Source: Candidatus Omnitrophota bacterium
Lineage (GTDB): Bacteria > Omnitrophota > Gorgyraeia > Aquiviventales > Aquiviventaceae
Length of the DNA: 64,000 nucleotides
Assembly: GCA_016206685.1 (NCBI GenBank)
Contig: JACQRB010000023.1
Span: 29,287-93,286 of the forward strand
Reading direction: 5' to 3'
Positions 9,294 through 18,658 of the stretch are shown here, in pieces. Numbering within the stretch: the stretch's first letter is position 1; the number at the start of each line of letters is the position of its first letter. The position numbers and the translations under genes were made by a program. The notes below the pieces were generated by a model. That model saw only the letters and a list, made by a program, of their open reading frames with translations. It made no database searches and was not told the origin of the DNA.

Positions 9294-10447
9294 CGGGCCA
9301 CGGCCTCGGGGTGTTGATCCCAAATGTTGTCTTTCGCCCATCGGCCATCGGCATCCTTGCGCCACACGCGCGGGTCGCGGAAGGTGTCGGCGATGCGGTC
9401 GAACTCCTCTTCGGTCATGCCGACGTACTCCAGCCATCGCTTCAGATCCCGCGGCTTCACATGGTCGTACTTCCTGACCATTTCAATGCCTTCCTCGCGC
9501 ATCATGTAGCCGGCTCGGATGTCCTTGCAGGCGTGGTCCGTCGCGCGTCCGTAGCCGAACTTGATGTATTTCAGGTAATCATGCGCCCCGTTCTCATGCA
9601 TGTCGTCGAGATTGGAGAACTTCCGATACGTACGATCAAACGGCTCCGGGGACGGCTCCCAGCCATACCGCTCCATCACCAGCTTCACATGCCGGTTGGC
9701 GTCCCATTCCACGTAGTTGCCCAGGAAGATTCCCCGCACGCCGACGCGCGCAATCTCTTGATCCGAAGGATAGCGGGCCCAGAGCATGTCCTGCGGCGTC
9801 AAACCGTCCGATGTCCCCGCCTCCACCAGATCCGTCCAATCAAAGCCGCGCTTCACGTATTCGTACACGAACCGGGCGGTCAGCTCCACCATGTCATACA
9901 GGGAATACATCCCGGCTAAATCCACCTGGCCGTGCTCCCCGTAAAACACGAGCGGAATCTGATGCGTCACGGCGATCTGAACCGGAACGGTGTAGATGCC
10001 GCAGTGGTTGTGCCAGTTCATATCCCCCATGAGCGTAAAGCCCAGACGGTTCAGCGTGACGAGCGTCTTCACGCTTGGCGAGCAGATCACGTGATCCACC
10101 CCGAAGACCTCCCGCATCCGCATGAGGTTGCGCCATCCCACCTCCAGAAAGTTGTTGCCGTTGTACGTGACCAACAACGGGTTCATCCCAAACTGCTCTT
10201 TGATGAGGTGAGTCTGGTAATAACTGTCCTTGCCGCCGCTGACGGCAATGATGCAGTCGTAGTTGCTGCCGTCCTTGGAGCGATACTCCTCCAGGAGTTC
10301 GCGCAGCATCTGTTCGCGCCGCCCCCAGTCGATCTGTGGCTTCTGCTCATGCACGCGGCATCCACTGCAGACCCCACGGTCATCGAACGTCAGCGGCAAT
10401 GCTGACGCCGACGGATAGACGCACCGCGTGCAGTAGCGCATCGCCAT
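9290..10447 (-). CDS. N-acetyl sugar amidotransferase (WbuX/PseA-like PP-loop ATP pyrophosphatase with N-terminal zinc ribbon)
   Basis: 385 aa. The N-terminal sequence CTRCVYPS...CSGCRVHE is a zinc ribbon. The PP-loop SGGKDS sits in IIAVSGGKDSYYQ. This enzyme family co-occurs with HisH/HisF homologues. Confidence 0.7.
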
Positions 10448-12415
10448 TCAGACCCACTCCGCGCTGAAGGCGTCTTGCCACAACGCTAAGTTGACCGCCC
10501 GCCACAGGACCCGTTGCTCGGGCGCGCGCCATGCATCCCGCTGCAACCAGCGCTGCACGACCTTGCGATCAACCACCCGCGCCATGAACGGGTTGGCACA
10601 CACCAGTTCCGTCAGTCGCGGACGATGCTCCCGAAACCACTCGTCGGTGAGGCGATGCCGCATCCCCTGCTTCTGCACGCGGCAGCGGATGGCCTCGGGC
10701 AGCAATCCCTGCATGCTGTTCCTCAGCGGCGCCTTGCGCAGGCCGCCCTCGATGAGGTTCACCCTCTCAGCGGCAAAGCCGTACTCCACCAGGCGGTGAT
10801 CCAGAAACGGCACGCGGGCTTCGACCGAGTGAGCCATGGCGTTGCGGTCGGCATGGTGGAGGAAATACGGCAGCCGCTCCACATAGATGTTCCGCAGCAT
10901 GGCGGCCCGCAGACTGATCCCTTCCCAGAACGTTTCTCGTTTTGGACGCCGCGCCCACTGATACTGATGGAGCATCTGGTCGGACACCATCCGGCGACCG
11001 TGGATCCGGCCGGATCGAGACAGCGCGCGCTCCATGGTATTGAGGATGCCGTCCGGAATGACCCGTTGAAACGACCGCGCCAACGGCGTGAACAGCTCCC
11101 AGGGTTGGCCGCGGTAGTAGCGGCGCCACAACTGGGCAAACTCCGAGCCGGCGGCACGCACCCGCCCACGGCGCAGTAGATGCAGCAAGTACGGCGCGTC
11201 GTAGTACGGATAGCCAAGTAGATACTCATCTGCCCCATGGCCTTCGAGGCAGGTCTTCACGTGCCGGCGTGAGTAGCGATGGATTTGCCATTGCCCGACG
11301 GCGCCTGACCACTCCTGGAACGGCTGGTCGTAGGCATAGGCCACACGCCGCAGTTCCTCCAACGGCAACGGCTCCAAGGGCACCCGGTGAGTAGTAAAGC
11401 CGTCCAGTGCAGCCAAATGGGCGGCATGCTGCACGTCCTCGGTGTCCTGGGGTGAGACTCCCACGAACGCGTCAACCGGCCGGGACATGAAGAGGCGAAG
11501 GGCCGAGGACACCGAGGAGGAGTCCACCCCTCCGCTCAGGCTCACCCCCAGCGGCACGTCAGCCACGCTCCGCAGGCGGACGGCGTCCAAGAACAACTCC
11601 CGAAACGTGCACCCATTGGTGGCGACGGGGCCTCGCTCGGCCAAGTGATAGAATCGCCGCATGGTCAGGGTGTGCGAGTCCAACGCGTAGGTCGCCACCG
11701 TTCCCGGCTCCAGCGCATGAATGTCCGCGAAGAAGGTATTGGGCAGATGGTTCGTCCGGCTGAAGACGAGGTAGTCCCACACGGCATCAGGGTTTGCAAG
11801 GGCTCGGACGCCGGGACAGCACAGCAGCGCTTTGGGCTCTGAGGCGACCGCGAACACCGTCGGAAGGTCCACGAAGTAGAGCGGCTTGATCCCGAACCGA
11901 TCCCGAGACAGAAATAGGGTCCGAGCCGGTTGATCGAAGATCACAAACGCCCATTCCCCGTTGAACCGCTGGACACACGCCTCGCCCCATTGTTGGTACG
12001 CCTTCAGGATGACTTCGGTGTCCGCATTGGAGCGAAACCGATGGCCCAGTATTTCCAGATCATGACGGAGCTCGCGCCAGTTGTAAATCTCGCCGTTAAA
12101 GACAATCCAATAACGCTGCGTCTCGTCGGACATCGGTTGGTGGCCGCGAGCGCTGACATCTACGATCGCCAAGCGGCGGTGGCCCAACATTACATCCGGG
12201 AGGGGCATCTGGGGATTCAACCGCGGCAACTGGGCGCGGATTTCTTCCACCGTGTCTTCTCCGGCATACGCCTGAATCCGATCACTCGATGAATCATAAA
12301 GGGCGTAACCTTCATCATCCGGACCTCGGTGCCGCAGGGCATTGGTCATGCTGAACAGCGTGGCTCCTTCAAGAGGACTGGAATCTTTGGCAACGAGCGC
12401 GATAACCCCGCACAT
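10448..12415 (-). CDS. asparagine synthase (glutamine-hydrolysing)-like amidotransferase (AsnB family)
   Basis: 655 aa. MCGVIALV gives the N-terminal nucleophile Cys2 of the class II GATase domain. The synthetase domain has the PP-loop SLSGGVDSS. Confidence 0.8.
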   Translation of the reverse strand: MCGVIALVAKDSSPLEGATLFSMTNALRHRGPDDEGYALYDSSSDRIQAYAGEDTVEEIRAQLPRLNPQMPLPDVMLGHRRLAIVDVSARGHQPMSDETQRYWIVFNGEIYNWRELRHDLEILGHRFRSNADTEVILKAYQQWGEACVQRFNGEWAFVIFDQPARTLFLSRDRFGIKPLYFVDLPTVFAVASEPKALLCCPGVRALANPDAVWDYLVFSRTNHLPNTFFADIHALEPGTVATYALDSHTLTMRRFYHLAERGPVATNGCTFRELFLDAVRLRSVADVPLGVSLSGGVDSSSVSSALRLFMSRPVDAFVGVSPQDTEDVQHAAHLAALDGFTTHRVPLEPLPLEELRRVAYAYDQPFQEWSGAVGQWQIHRYSRRHVKTCLEGHGADEYLLGYPYYDAPYLLHLLRRGRVRAAGSEFAQLWRRYYRGQPWELFTPLARSFQRVIPDGILNTMERALSRSGRIHGRRMVSDQMLHQYQWARRPKRETFWEGISLRAAMLRNIYVERLPYFLHHADRNAMAHSVEARVPFLDHRLVEYGFAAERVNLIEGGLRKAPLRNSMQGLLPEAIRCRVQKQGMRHRLTDEWFREHRPRLTELVCANPFMARVVDRKVVQRWLQRDAWRAPEQRVLWRAVNLALWQDAFSAEWV

Positions 12416-12418
12416 AGT

Positions 12419-14611
12419 TCAGACACCTACCCCGTCAGCCACGCTAACTGGCTGGAATCGTTCCTGACGGAGACTGAATCGCACGGTTTCCCACACCGCG
12501 CCACCAACCAGACGTGACTGTCGCATCTCTGGTTGAAACCCCAGTTTCTCCAGCGTCTTGATGCTCGGCAGATTGTCCACCACCGCCCCCGCGATAATCT
12601 GTCGAAGTTCCAACCGGGAGAACGCATACGCGCACAGCAGGCTCCAGGCCTCGGTGGCGTAACCCTTGCCCCAGCAATCCTTCTCGCCGATCATCAGTCC
12701 GGTGTCTGCCGTTCCGGTCTGCCGGTTGATGTTGTTCAGTGTCACATTCCCGATGTGGCGGCAGGTGGCGTTTTCCACAATGGCAAAGATTCGGTGGGTG
12801 GTACTCTCACGAAACCGTTCCAGATAGGCGCGGATATCATCGAGCGTCATTGGGCGCTTCCCCACCTCGAGATAGCGGGTCACCGTGGCGTCATTCAACC
12901 AACCCAGATAGCGCACGGTCACATCCGCCTCGGTCAATGGCCGCAGAGAAATCCGTGAGCCTATCAATGCGTGGGGTGACTGCTCTAATTCGCGCACAGG
13001 CATGACAGTAGATCGGTCCGCAGCCAGGCGAAGCGTCAGATGAAGCGAGTACTTTGCTTGAACCCGCTGAAACCCGTTGGCCTCATACAGCGTGAGCGCT
13101 GCAATGTTTGTGGCTTCGGTACCGACTTCAAGCTGAGCCAAACCCCGCTCGATCGCCCACCGTTTCGCGGTTCCAAGCAGGACCGTCCCGATGCCACGGC
13201 CGCGCCAGCCTCGGGCGACGGCCAACAGGCCGATTGAACCAATCTCGCAGCCAAGCGCCTCGCTCAGCGCGTCCTCGCGGCGCATCGTGACATACCCCAC
13301 AGGCCGCCCGGCGGCTCGCGCCACCCGCACGACATCAGCCGCACTGCCATTGAGACAGTTCGCGATCCACCGAAGGTGCAAACGCCTCGTGCCCTCGACG
13401 GGAAGGTTGGGATCAGCATGGAATCGGGTCCCGGCGGCGAACGCCTCGGCCGTGATGGTGTCCAGCATAGGAGCATCCTGCGGGCGGGCTGATGTCACGA
13501 GGACATCATCGTGCGCGGGCGCCACCGCGTGAACGGAGACCGCCCAACGCAGTCCGAGGAACGTCGTCATAACCTGAAATCCTCGCCGCTGCGCCTGCCG
13601 TCGATGGATGACGTCCTCCGTCGGCACACGATAATGAAGGTGCGAAATCCCGCGTCGTCGAGCTTCCGCGATCACCTCATCCAAGATTTCATCTGATGGG
13701 TCCGTGAACGCGACGAGTTCAGCCATCGGCCATCCGTAGATCTCGCTGTCAAACGACAAGAGGCGCAGGATGGCGGCGCCTTCCCCATCAGGCGAGCCCG
13801 TCAATACCAACGAGGAGCCGTCGCGCGCCAGCTTCAACTGCACGAGCCGCTCGGCAGCCTCCAGGCTCATCGCGGAATCACCGCCCCAGCCCGATTGTTC
13901 CAGCGGCGCCAGCACCTCCACCGCGCGCTGCACGGCCTCAAGCCGACGCACGATGTCCGACCCACGCCAGCGAAGGCATTCCGACTCATTCCCGGCGCAC
14001 AGCGCCCGAACCTTCGCCAAGTCTGCCGGCGTGTCGACTGTCACCGAGCAGGCAGCCGGCGGCGTCGGAGTCGGTGCCTTCCACGTGACGATCCGAAACT
14101 GTTGTGGATGTTCCTTCATGACCAGCGTCACGTGCTCGCGATGGGCGGGCGTTGTGGCGGCCTGCTCGGCTCGGCGCAGCGCGTCGAGCGTGGTGACTTC
14201 AGAGCCTGCGCCGTCAATAAGATCGCACGCCACCGCCAGATCGGCTCCGTGGGCGGCGCGCTCCTTCACCAACATGTCCAGCACTTCGGGGTCGGTCAGC
14301 GCGTTATCGGCCGTGACGCGAACGATCACCTCCGCGCGCACCTGCCGCGCGGCCTTGAGGTACCGGCCCAGGACGTCGTCCTCGCTGCCGACGACCGACG
14401 GCACCCCCAGGGTGCTAGCCAACTCGAGGATCGGCCGGTTCGCCGGCACATCGCCCGTCGCCACCACGATGCCGTCCAACGATCTTGCCTGGCGCAGACG
14501 TTCCACCAAAAACTGGAGGAGCGGCTTGCCGGCGATCGGCATGAGGACTTTGCCGGGCAGACGCCGCGACTGCATGCGGGCCTGGATGATAGCGACCGTC
14601 CGCATGGTCAT
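12419..14611 (-). CDS. tri-domain fusion: acylneuraminate/SpsF-type cytidylyltransferase + two GNAT N-acetyltransferase domains (PseH/RimL-like)
   Basis: The real start is the internal MTMRTVAIIQARMQSRRLPGKVL (CMP-sugar synthetase motif) at 14611, ATGA-coupled to the upstream gene. The first approximately 205 aa of the 935 aa track ORF are Arg/Gly-rich out-of-context sequence. The middle GNAT domain is IGSIGLLAVARGWRGRGIGTVLL. The C-terminal GNAT domain is ISLRPLTEADV...GLMIGEKDCWGKGYATEA. Confidence 0.7.
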   Translation of the reverse strand: MTMRTVAIIQARMQSRRLPGKVLMPIAGKPLLQFLVERLRQARSLDGIVVATGDVPANRPILELASTLGVPSVVGSEDDVLGRYLKAARQVRAEVIVRVTADNALTDPEVLDMLVKERAAHGADLAVACDLIDGAGSEVTTLDALRRAEQAATTPAHREHVTLVMKEHPQQFRIVTWKAPTPTPPAACSVTVDTPADLAKVRALCAGNESECLRWRGSDIVRRLEAVQRAVEVLAPLEQSGWGGDSAMSLEAAERLVQLKLARDGSSLVLTGSPDGEGAAILRLLSFDSEIYGWPMAELVAFTDPSDEILDEVIAEARRRGISHLHYRVPTEDVIHRRQAQRRGFQVMTTFLGLRWAVSVHAVAPAHDDVLVTSARPQDAPMLDTITAEAFAAGTRFHADPNLPVEGTRRLHLRWIANCLNGSAADVVRVARAAGRPVGYVTMRREDALSEALGCEIGSIGLLAVARGWRGRGIGTVLLGTAKRWAIERGLAQLEVGTEATNIAALTLYEANGFQRVQAKYSLHLTLRLAADRSTVMPVRELEQSPHALIGSRISLRPLTEADVTVRYLGWLNDATVTRYLEVGKRPMTLDDIRAYLERFRESTTHRIFAIVENATCRHIGNVTLNNINRQTGTADTGLMIGEKDCWGKGYATEAWSLLCAYAFSRLELRQIIAGAVVDNLPSIKTLEKLGFQPEMRQSRLVGGAVWETVRFSLRQERFQPVSVADGVGV

Positions 14612-15432
14612 CCCCGGGCTCCGAATGGCAGCCCCGTCCCTACGCGCTGCGCCAGCTCCCGATACGCCGCGACGAGACGTCCCGCGTCTCGATAGTATTC
14701 GATCGTCACGAACTCCACCGGCGCGCGCGCGCAGAGCCACTCGAGCAGCTCCCATTCCCGCGGCCCCGGTGGCTCGTGCAGGTCCTCCCAGATCCCGCTG
14801 AGCGGGCCGCACGCGCTGATCTGCACTTCGCGCACGCGATGGAGCGGCAAGGCCTCCAGGTACGCCTCGGGTGTCGTTCCCAGATTTTCGGCGGAAATCC
14901 TGGCGTGCGCCACATCCAGCAGCAGCTCCGCGTCGATCGCCTCCAGCACCCGGCCCATGAAGCCGGGGTCGCAGACCATGCCGTAGGCATCGCTGGGGGT
15001 TGGAAAATAGTTGAGGTTCTCTACGCGCAGCGTTCCCGGAAAACGCGCGCGCAACCACGCCGCGTGGCGGCGGGCCAAGGCGATGTACTCCGGCTCGCCC
15101 AGGCGAGGGCCGCGAAGGTGGTAGCGGGGATAGCCGTTGGGCGAGGCGACCGTCTCCACGTCGTGGACGGCCGGACCGAAGTCGCAGGCGACACTCTGGA
15201 CCGAACGGCGCGCCATCAAGCGCCACAGCCCGAGCTCCTCAAGCTGCGCGCCAAAGGCCTCATCAATGATGTTGACCGGGGTGTCCATGAACGCCGTGGC
15301 GTTCGGGAAGCACGGCTCCGGTCGGTACCGCTTATATGTGACCGCGGCAATCAGGGGCGCCAAGGCATCAGCCGCCGCCAACGCCGCGTCGCTGGAGGCG
15401 ACGCACAGTCGTGGAACGACGTCGCTTCTCAT
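14608..15432 (-). CDS. DUF692/MNIO-like TIM-barrel protein (xylose-isomerase-like superfamily), function unknown in this context
   Basis: 274 aa from internal Met MRSDVV... LRVENLNYFPTP...LLLDVAHARISAENLGTTPEAYLEALPLHRVREVQISAC...ELLEWLCARAPV.EFVTIEY resembles the UPF0276/DUF692 pattern (ENVSxY...LLLDVNNVYV...DP..YLD.LP..RV.E.H.AG), recalled from memory. It is ATGA-coupled on both sides, at 14608-14611 and 15429-15432. Confidence 0.5.
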   Translation of the reverse strand: MRSDVVPRLCVASSDAALAAADALAPLIAAVTYKRYRPEPCFPNATAFMDTPVNIIDEAFGAQLEELGLWRLMARRSVQSVACDFGPAVHDVETVASPNGYPRYHLRGPRLGEPEYIALARRHAAWLRARFPGTLRVENLNYFPTPSDAYGMVCDPGFMGRVLEAIDAELLLDVAHARISAENLGTTPEAYLEALPLHRVREVQISACGPLSGIWEDLHEPPGPREWELLEWLCARAPVEFVTIEYYRDAGRLVAAYRELAQRVGTGLPFGARG

Positions 15433-16466
15433 CCCCCCACGTGTCTCCACGTAACCGCCTCTTCGCTCTTCACGTCGCAGGCCAGACGTCGCCCTTTGAT
15501 CTGAGGCCACTCCCACGATGATAGGGCGCGTCTCGATCGTTCGGCCGCGCGAGCCGGGCGCTGGAACACTACACGCGCGCGCTGGAGCACCGTCCCGCTC
15601 GCCAGAGGCTCCGAGGCGACGATGATGCGGCGCGCCGTCGCGCGCACCGGTCGCTCCGCGGCGACCGGCGCCTTGCGGGAGCTGCCCAGCGCTTGCTCGA
15701 CACACCGCACGCCGTCAACCAGCGCCTTCAATTCGTGGGTATCCACGGAGAAGCGGTGGTCGTCGCCGGGCAACGCATGATCGAGCGTAAAATGCTTTTC
15801 GATAATCGAAGCTCCCAGCGCCACGGCCGCGCAGGGGACCGCGATGCCCATCGTGTGGTCCGAGAACCCAACCGGCACGCGCAGCGCCCGGCGGAGCGTC
15901 TCCATGGCTCGCAGGTGGACGTTGGCCGGCTGCGCGGGATACTGCGAGACGCACTGCAAGACGGCGATCTGGGAGACGCCGCCCTGGCGCAGCACCGCCA
16001 CCGCCCGGCGGATCTCGCCCATATCCGCCATTCCGCTGGAGAGGATCACCGGCTTCCGCATGGAGGCGACGTGAGCCAGCAAAGGCCGGTGGGTCACGTC
16101 ACACGAGGCGATCTTGTACGCGGGAACCCCCACGCGCTCCAAGAGATCGACACTGGGCTCATCCAGCGGCGTCGAAAACCAGACGATGCGCGCGTCACGC
16201 GCCGCGCTCGCGATCGCGCGATAGTCCTCGACGGAGAGCGCGGCGCGCCGGTACTCGGCATAATCCGCGCTCGAGCGTGGCAGGAGCTGGTCCACCCGGC
16301 ATGTTTGAAACTTGATCGCATCCGCGCCGGCCTTGGCTGCCTCCTGAACCAACCGGATCGCCAATCCCCGGCGCCCGAGATGATTAATCCCAGCTTCCGC
16401 GACGATAAAGACCGGTCGTCCTTCTCCGATGCGTCGTCTGTTGATGGTCATGACGGGAAGCGACAT
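15429..16466 (-). CDS. N-acetylneuraminate synthase family protein (NeuB/PseI/LegI-like nonulosonic acid synthase) with C-terminal SAF domain
   Basis: GRPVFIVAEAGINHLG, AIKFQT and FSDHTMG are hallmark NeuB-family motifs. The start was chosen at Met 16466, 1 nt after the upstream stop. Confidence 0.8.
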   Translation of the reverse strand: MSLPVMTINRRRIGEGRPVFIVAEAGINHLGRRGLAIRLVQEAAKAGADAIKFQTCRVDQLLPRSSADYAEYRRAALSVEDYRAIASAARDARIVWFSTPLDEPSVDLLERVGVPAYKIASCDVTHRPLLAHVASMRKPVILSSGMADMGEIRRAVAVLRQGGVSQIAVLQCVSQYPAQPANVHLRAMETLRRALRVPVGFSDHTMGIAVPCAAVALGASIIEKHFTLDHALPGDDHRFSVDTHELKALVDGVRCVEQALGSSRKAPVAAERPVRATARRIIVASEPLASGTVLQRARVVFQRPARAAERSRRALSSWEWPQIKGRRLACDVKSEEAVTWRHVGG

Positions 16467-16467
16467 G

Positions 16468-17667
16468 TCACGCGCGGTATTTGGCGACCAGGCGTCGCAC
16501 GGCGGCAATGACGTCCCACACGTCCTCCTCGCTCATCTTCGGCGAAATCGGCAGCGACACGGTGCGTTCAAAGAGCGACTCGGCCACCGGAAAACTTCCC
16601 GGGGGATACCCCAACGCTTTCTGGTAGTACGAATGCAAATGGAGGGGGCGGAACAGCACGCTCGTGCCGATCTGTTCGGTCCGGAGCTCCTCGATGAACT
16701 GATCACGGCTGATTCGTAGCCGCTTCGGTTGCAGAAGGATGGAGTAAAGGTGCCAGGCCGACCGCACCTCCGGCTTGGCCTGCGGTCTGACAATCTCCTC
16801 CAAATCGGCAAACGCCTCCGTGTACATCGCCGCAAAGCGGGCGCGGCGCTGCAGGAACTGTTCCAGCTTCGCCAGTTGGTGCAGGCCCAACGCCGCCTGA
16901 ATATCCATCATGTTGTACTTGTAGCCAAGCTCCTGGATGTCATAAAACCAGGAGCCGCGCGGGGCGTAGCGACCCCAGATGCGCCGGGCATCGCTGATGC
17001 CGTACATGGACAATCGCCGCATCCGCTCCGCCATCTCCGGGTCATTCAGCATCGCCATGCCGCCTTCGCCGGTCGTCAGATTTTTGGTCGCATAGAAACT
17101 GAAGCAGGTGACGGGACCGAAGCTGCCGATCTTGCGCCCGTGGTACTCACTGCCGATGGCGTGGGCGGCATCCTCGATCACGGCGAGGCGATGGCGCTTG
17201 GCGATCGCGTAGATCGCGTCGAGATCGCAGGGATGTCCGGCGTAATGGACGATCACCAACGCCTTGGTGCGCGGCGTCACGGCGGCTCCCAGACGCGTCG
17301 GATCGATGTTGAATGTCTGCGCCTCGCTGTCGACGAAGACGGGACGGGCCCGTTGGTACATCACGACGTGGGCGGTGGAAGCAAACGTGTAGGTAGGCAA
17401 GATGACCTCATCCCCCTCGCCGATGTCATGCGCGACCATCGCCAGATGGAGCGCCGCGGTACAGGAGCTGACGGCCACCGCGCACCGGACCCCCACATAC
17501 TGGGCCACTTGCTCCTGAAACCGTTCCGTTTTCGGGCCGGTGGTGATCCACCCCGAATCCAGCGTGTCCAGGAGCTCCGCCTTTTCTTCCGGCCCGATGA
17601 GAGGCGGAGCGAATGGTTGGAACGTGGTGCGCCGCGGGCGGGTGTCAAGGGCGGCTACGTCAGGCAT
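16468..17667 (-). CDS. DegT/DnrJ/EryC1/StrS-family PLP-dependent sugar aminotransferase (PseC/LegC-like)
   Basis: The internal start is MPDVAAL... SCTAALHLA, DEVILPTYTFASTA and the PLP-lysine context FSFYATKNLTTGEGG are present. Confidence 0.8.
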   Translation of the reverse strand: MPDVAALDTRPRRTTFQPFAPPLIGPEEKAELLDTLDSGWITTGPKTERFQEQVAQYVGVRCAVAVSSCTAALHLAMVAHDIGEGDEVILPTYTFASTAHVVMYQRARPVFVDSEAQTFNIDPTRLGAAVTPRTKALVIVHYAGHPCDLDAIYAIAKRHRLAVIEDAAHAIGSEYHGRKIGSFGPVTCFSFYATKNLTTGEGGMAMLNDPEMAERMRRLSMYGISDARRIWGRYAPRGSWFYDIQELGYKYNMMDIQAALGLHQLAKLEQFLQRRARFAAMYTEAFADLEEIVRPQAKPEVRSAWHLYSILLQPKRLRISRDQFIEELRTEQIGTSVLFRPLHLHSYYQKALGYPPGSFPVAESLFERTVSLPISPKMSEEDVWDVIAAVRRLVAKYRA

Positions 17668-18658
17668 TGCGGTACCTCGCTGCAAAAGGGTCTTCGATTT
17701 GCCGCATGAGAATCGCCTGATACATCTCCCGGACCCCATCCTCCACGGAGTAGGACACGCGATAGCCAAACATCCGGTGGATTTTGTCAAAGCTCACGTG
17801 GTAATCCCGCAGGTCGGGTGGAACGTCCGTCGTCTCAACCGTGATGCCCGGGAGGGTCCGCTTGACGATATCTCCGAGTTGATAGATCTGATAGTTTTGT
17901 TCGTTCGATCCGACGTTGAAAATGTGCCCTCGGACGAGATCGGCCGGTGCGCCAAGCGCCAGGATGTAGGCCCGGGCCGCATCCGCCACATGGACCAGCG
18001 GTCGCCACTGTTTGCCGCCGTAGACCGTGCAGGTCCCGCGCGTCGCCGCGTGCATCGTCAGGATGTTCACGATCAGGTCAAAGCGCATGCGCGGCGAGAG
18101 GCCGTAGATCGTCGCCATCCGTAGCACGCAGGGCGCAAACGGCTCGCTGGTCAGTGCCAGGATCTTGCGTTCTGCCTCAGCCTTCAGGCACGCGTAGAGC
18201 GAGATGGGCTTCAAGGACGCCTCTTCTGTCAGCACGCCCTCCTGAATGCCGTAGGCACTATCCGTGGAGGCAAAGAGGAAGCGTGGAATGCCCTGGGCTG
18301 CGCACGCTTCGGCAATGGCGACCGTCGCAACGTAATTGATCTCCCGCGTCTCCTGCGGGTCACGATCGCAGGCGGCGTCCCCGACCAGCGCGGCCAGGAG
18401 AATCACGGCGGCAACGCCCTGCAGCGCGTCCATGACGCGCTGCCGATCACGCATGTCCGCTTGAATCATCTCGAGATTCGGATAGGTCCGCAGGCCGGCC
18501 AGCGCCTCCTCGCCGAACAGCAAGCGATCAAAGACGCGCACGCGATAGCCAGCCTCCAGCAACTGGCCTGTCAGGACGGAGCCCAGATATCCCGCGCCGC
18601 CGAAGACCAGCACGGTGGGAGGGGCGGCGTCACGTGCGGTGTGCGACGGCGTGGTCAT
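17660..18658 (-). CDS. NAD-dependent epimerase/dehydratase (extended SDR)
   Basis: VLVFGGAGYLGS is a Rossmann GxxGxxG motif. YACLK is the Yxxx(K) catalytic motif. Confidence 0.7.
   Translation of the reverse strand: MTTPSHTARDAAPPTVLVFGGAGYLGSVLTGQLLEAGYRVRVFDRLLFGEEALAGLRTYPNLEMIQADMRDRQRVMDALQGVAAVILLAALVGDAACDRDPQETREINYVATVAIAEACAAQGIPRFLFASTDSAYGIQEGVLTEEASLKPISLYACLKAEAERKILALTSEPFAPCVLRMATIYGLSPRMRFDLIVNILTMHAATRGTCTVYGGKQWRPLVHVADAARAYILALGAPADLVRGHIFNVGSNEQNYQIYQLGDIVKRTLPGITVETTDVPPDLRDYHVSFDKIHRMFGYRVSYSVEDGVREMYQAILMRQIEDPFAARYRNA

Noticed and set aside
14612-15226. N-terminal 205 aa of the 935-aa ORF 12419..15226
   Set aside because: This Arg/Gly-rich extension overlaps the DUF692-like gene in another frame. 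The real start is the ATGA-coupled internal Met at 14611, where the cytidylyltransferase motif begins.
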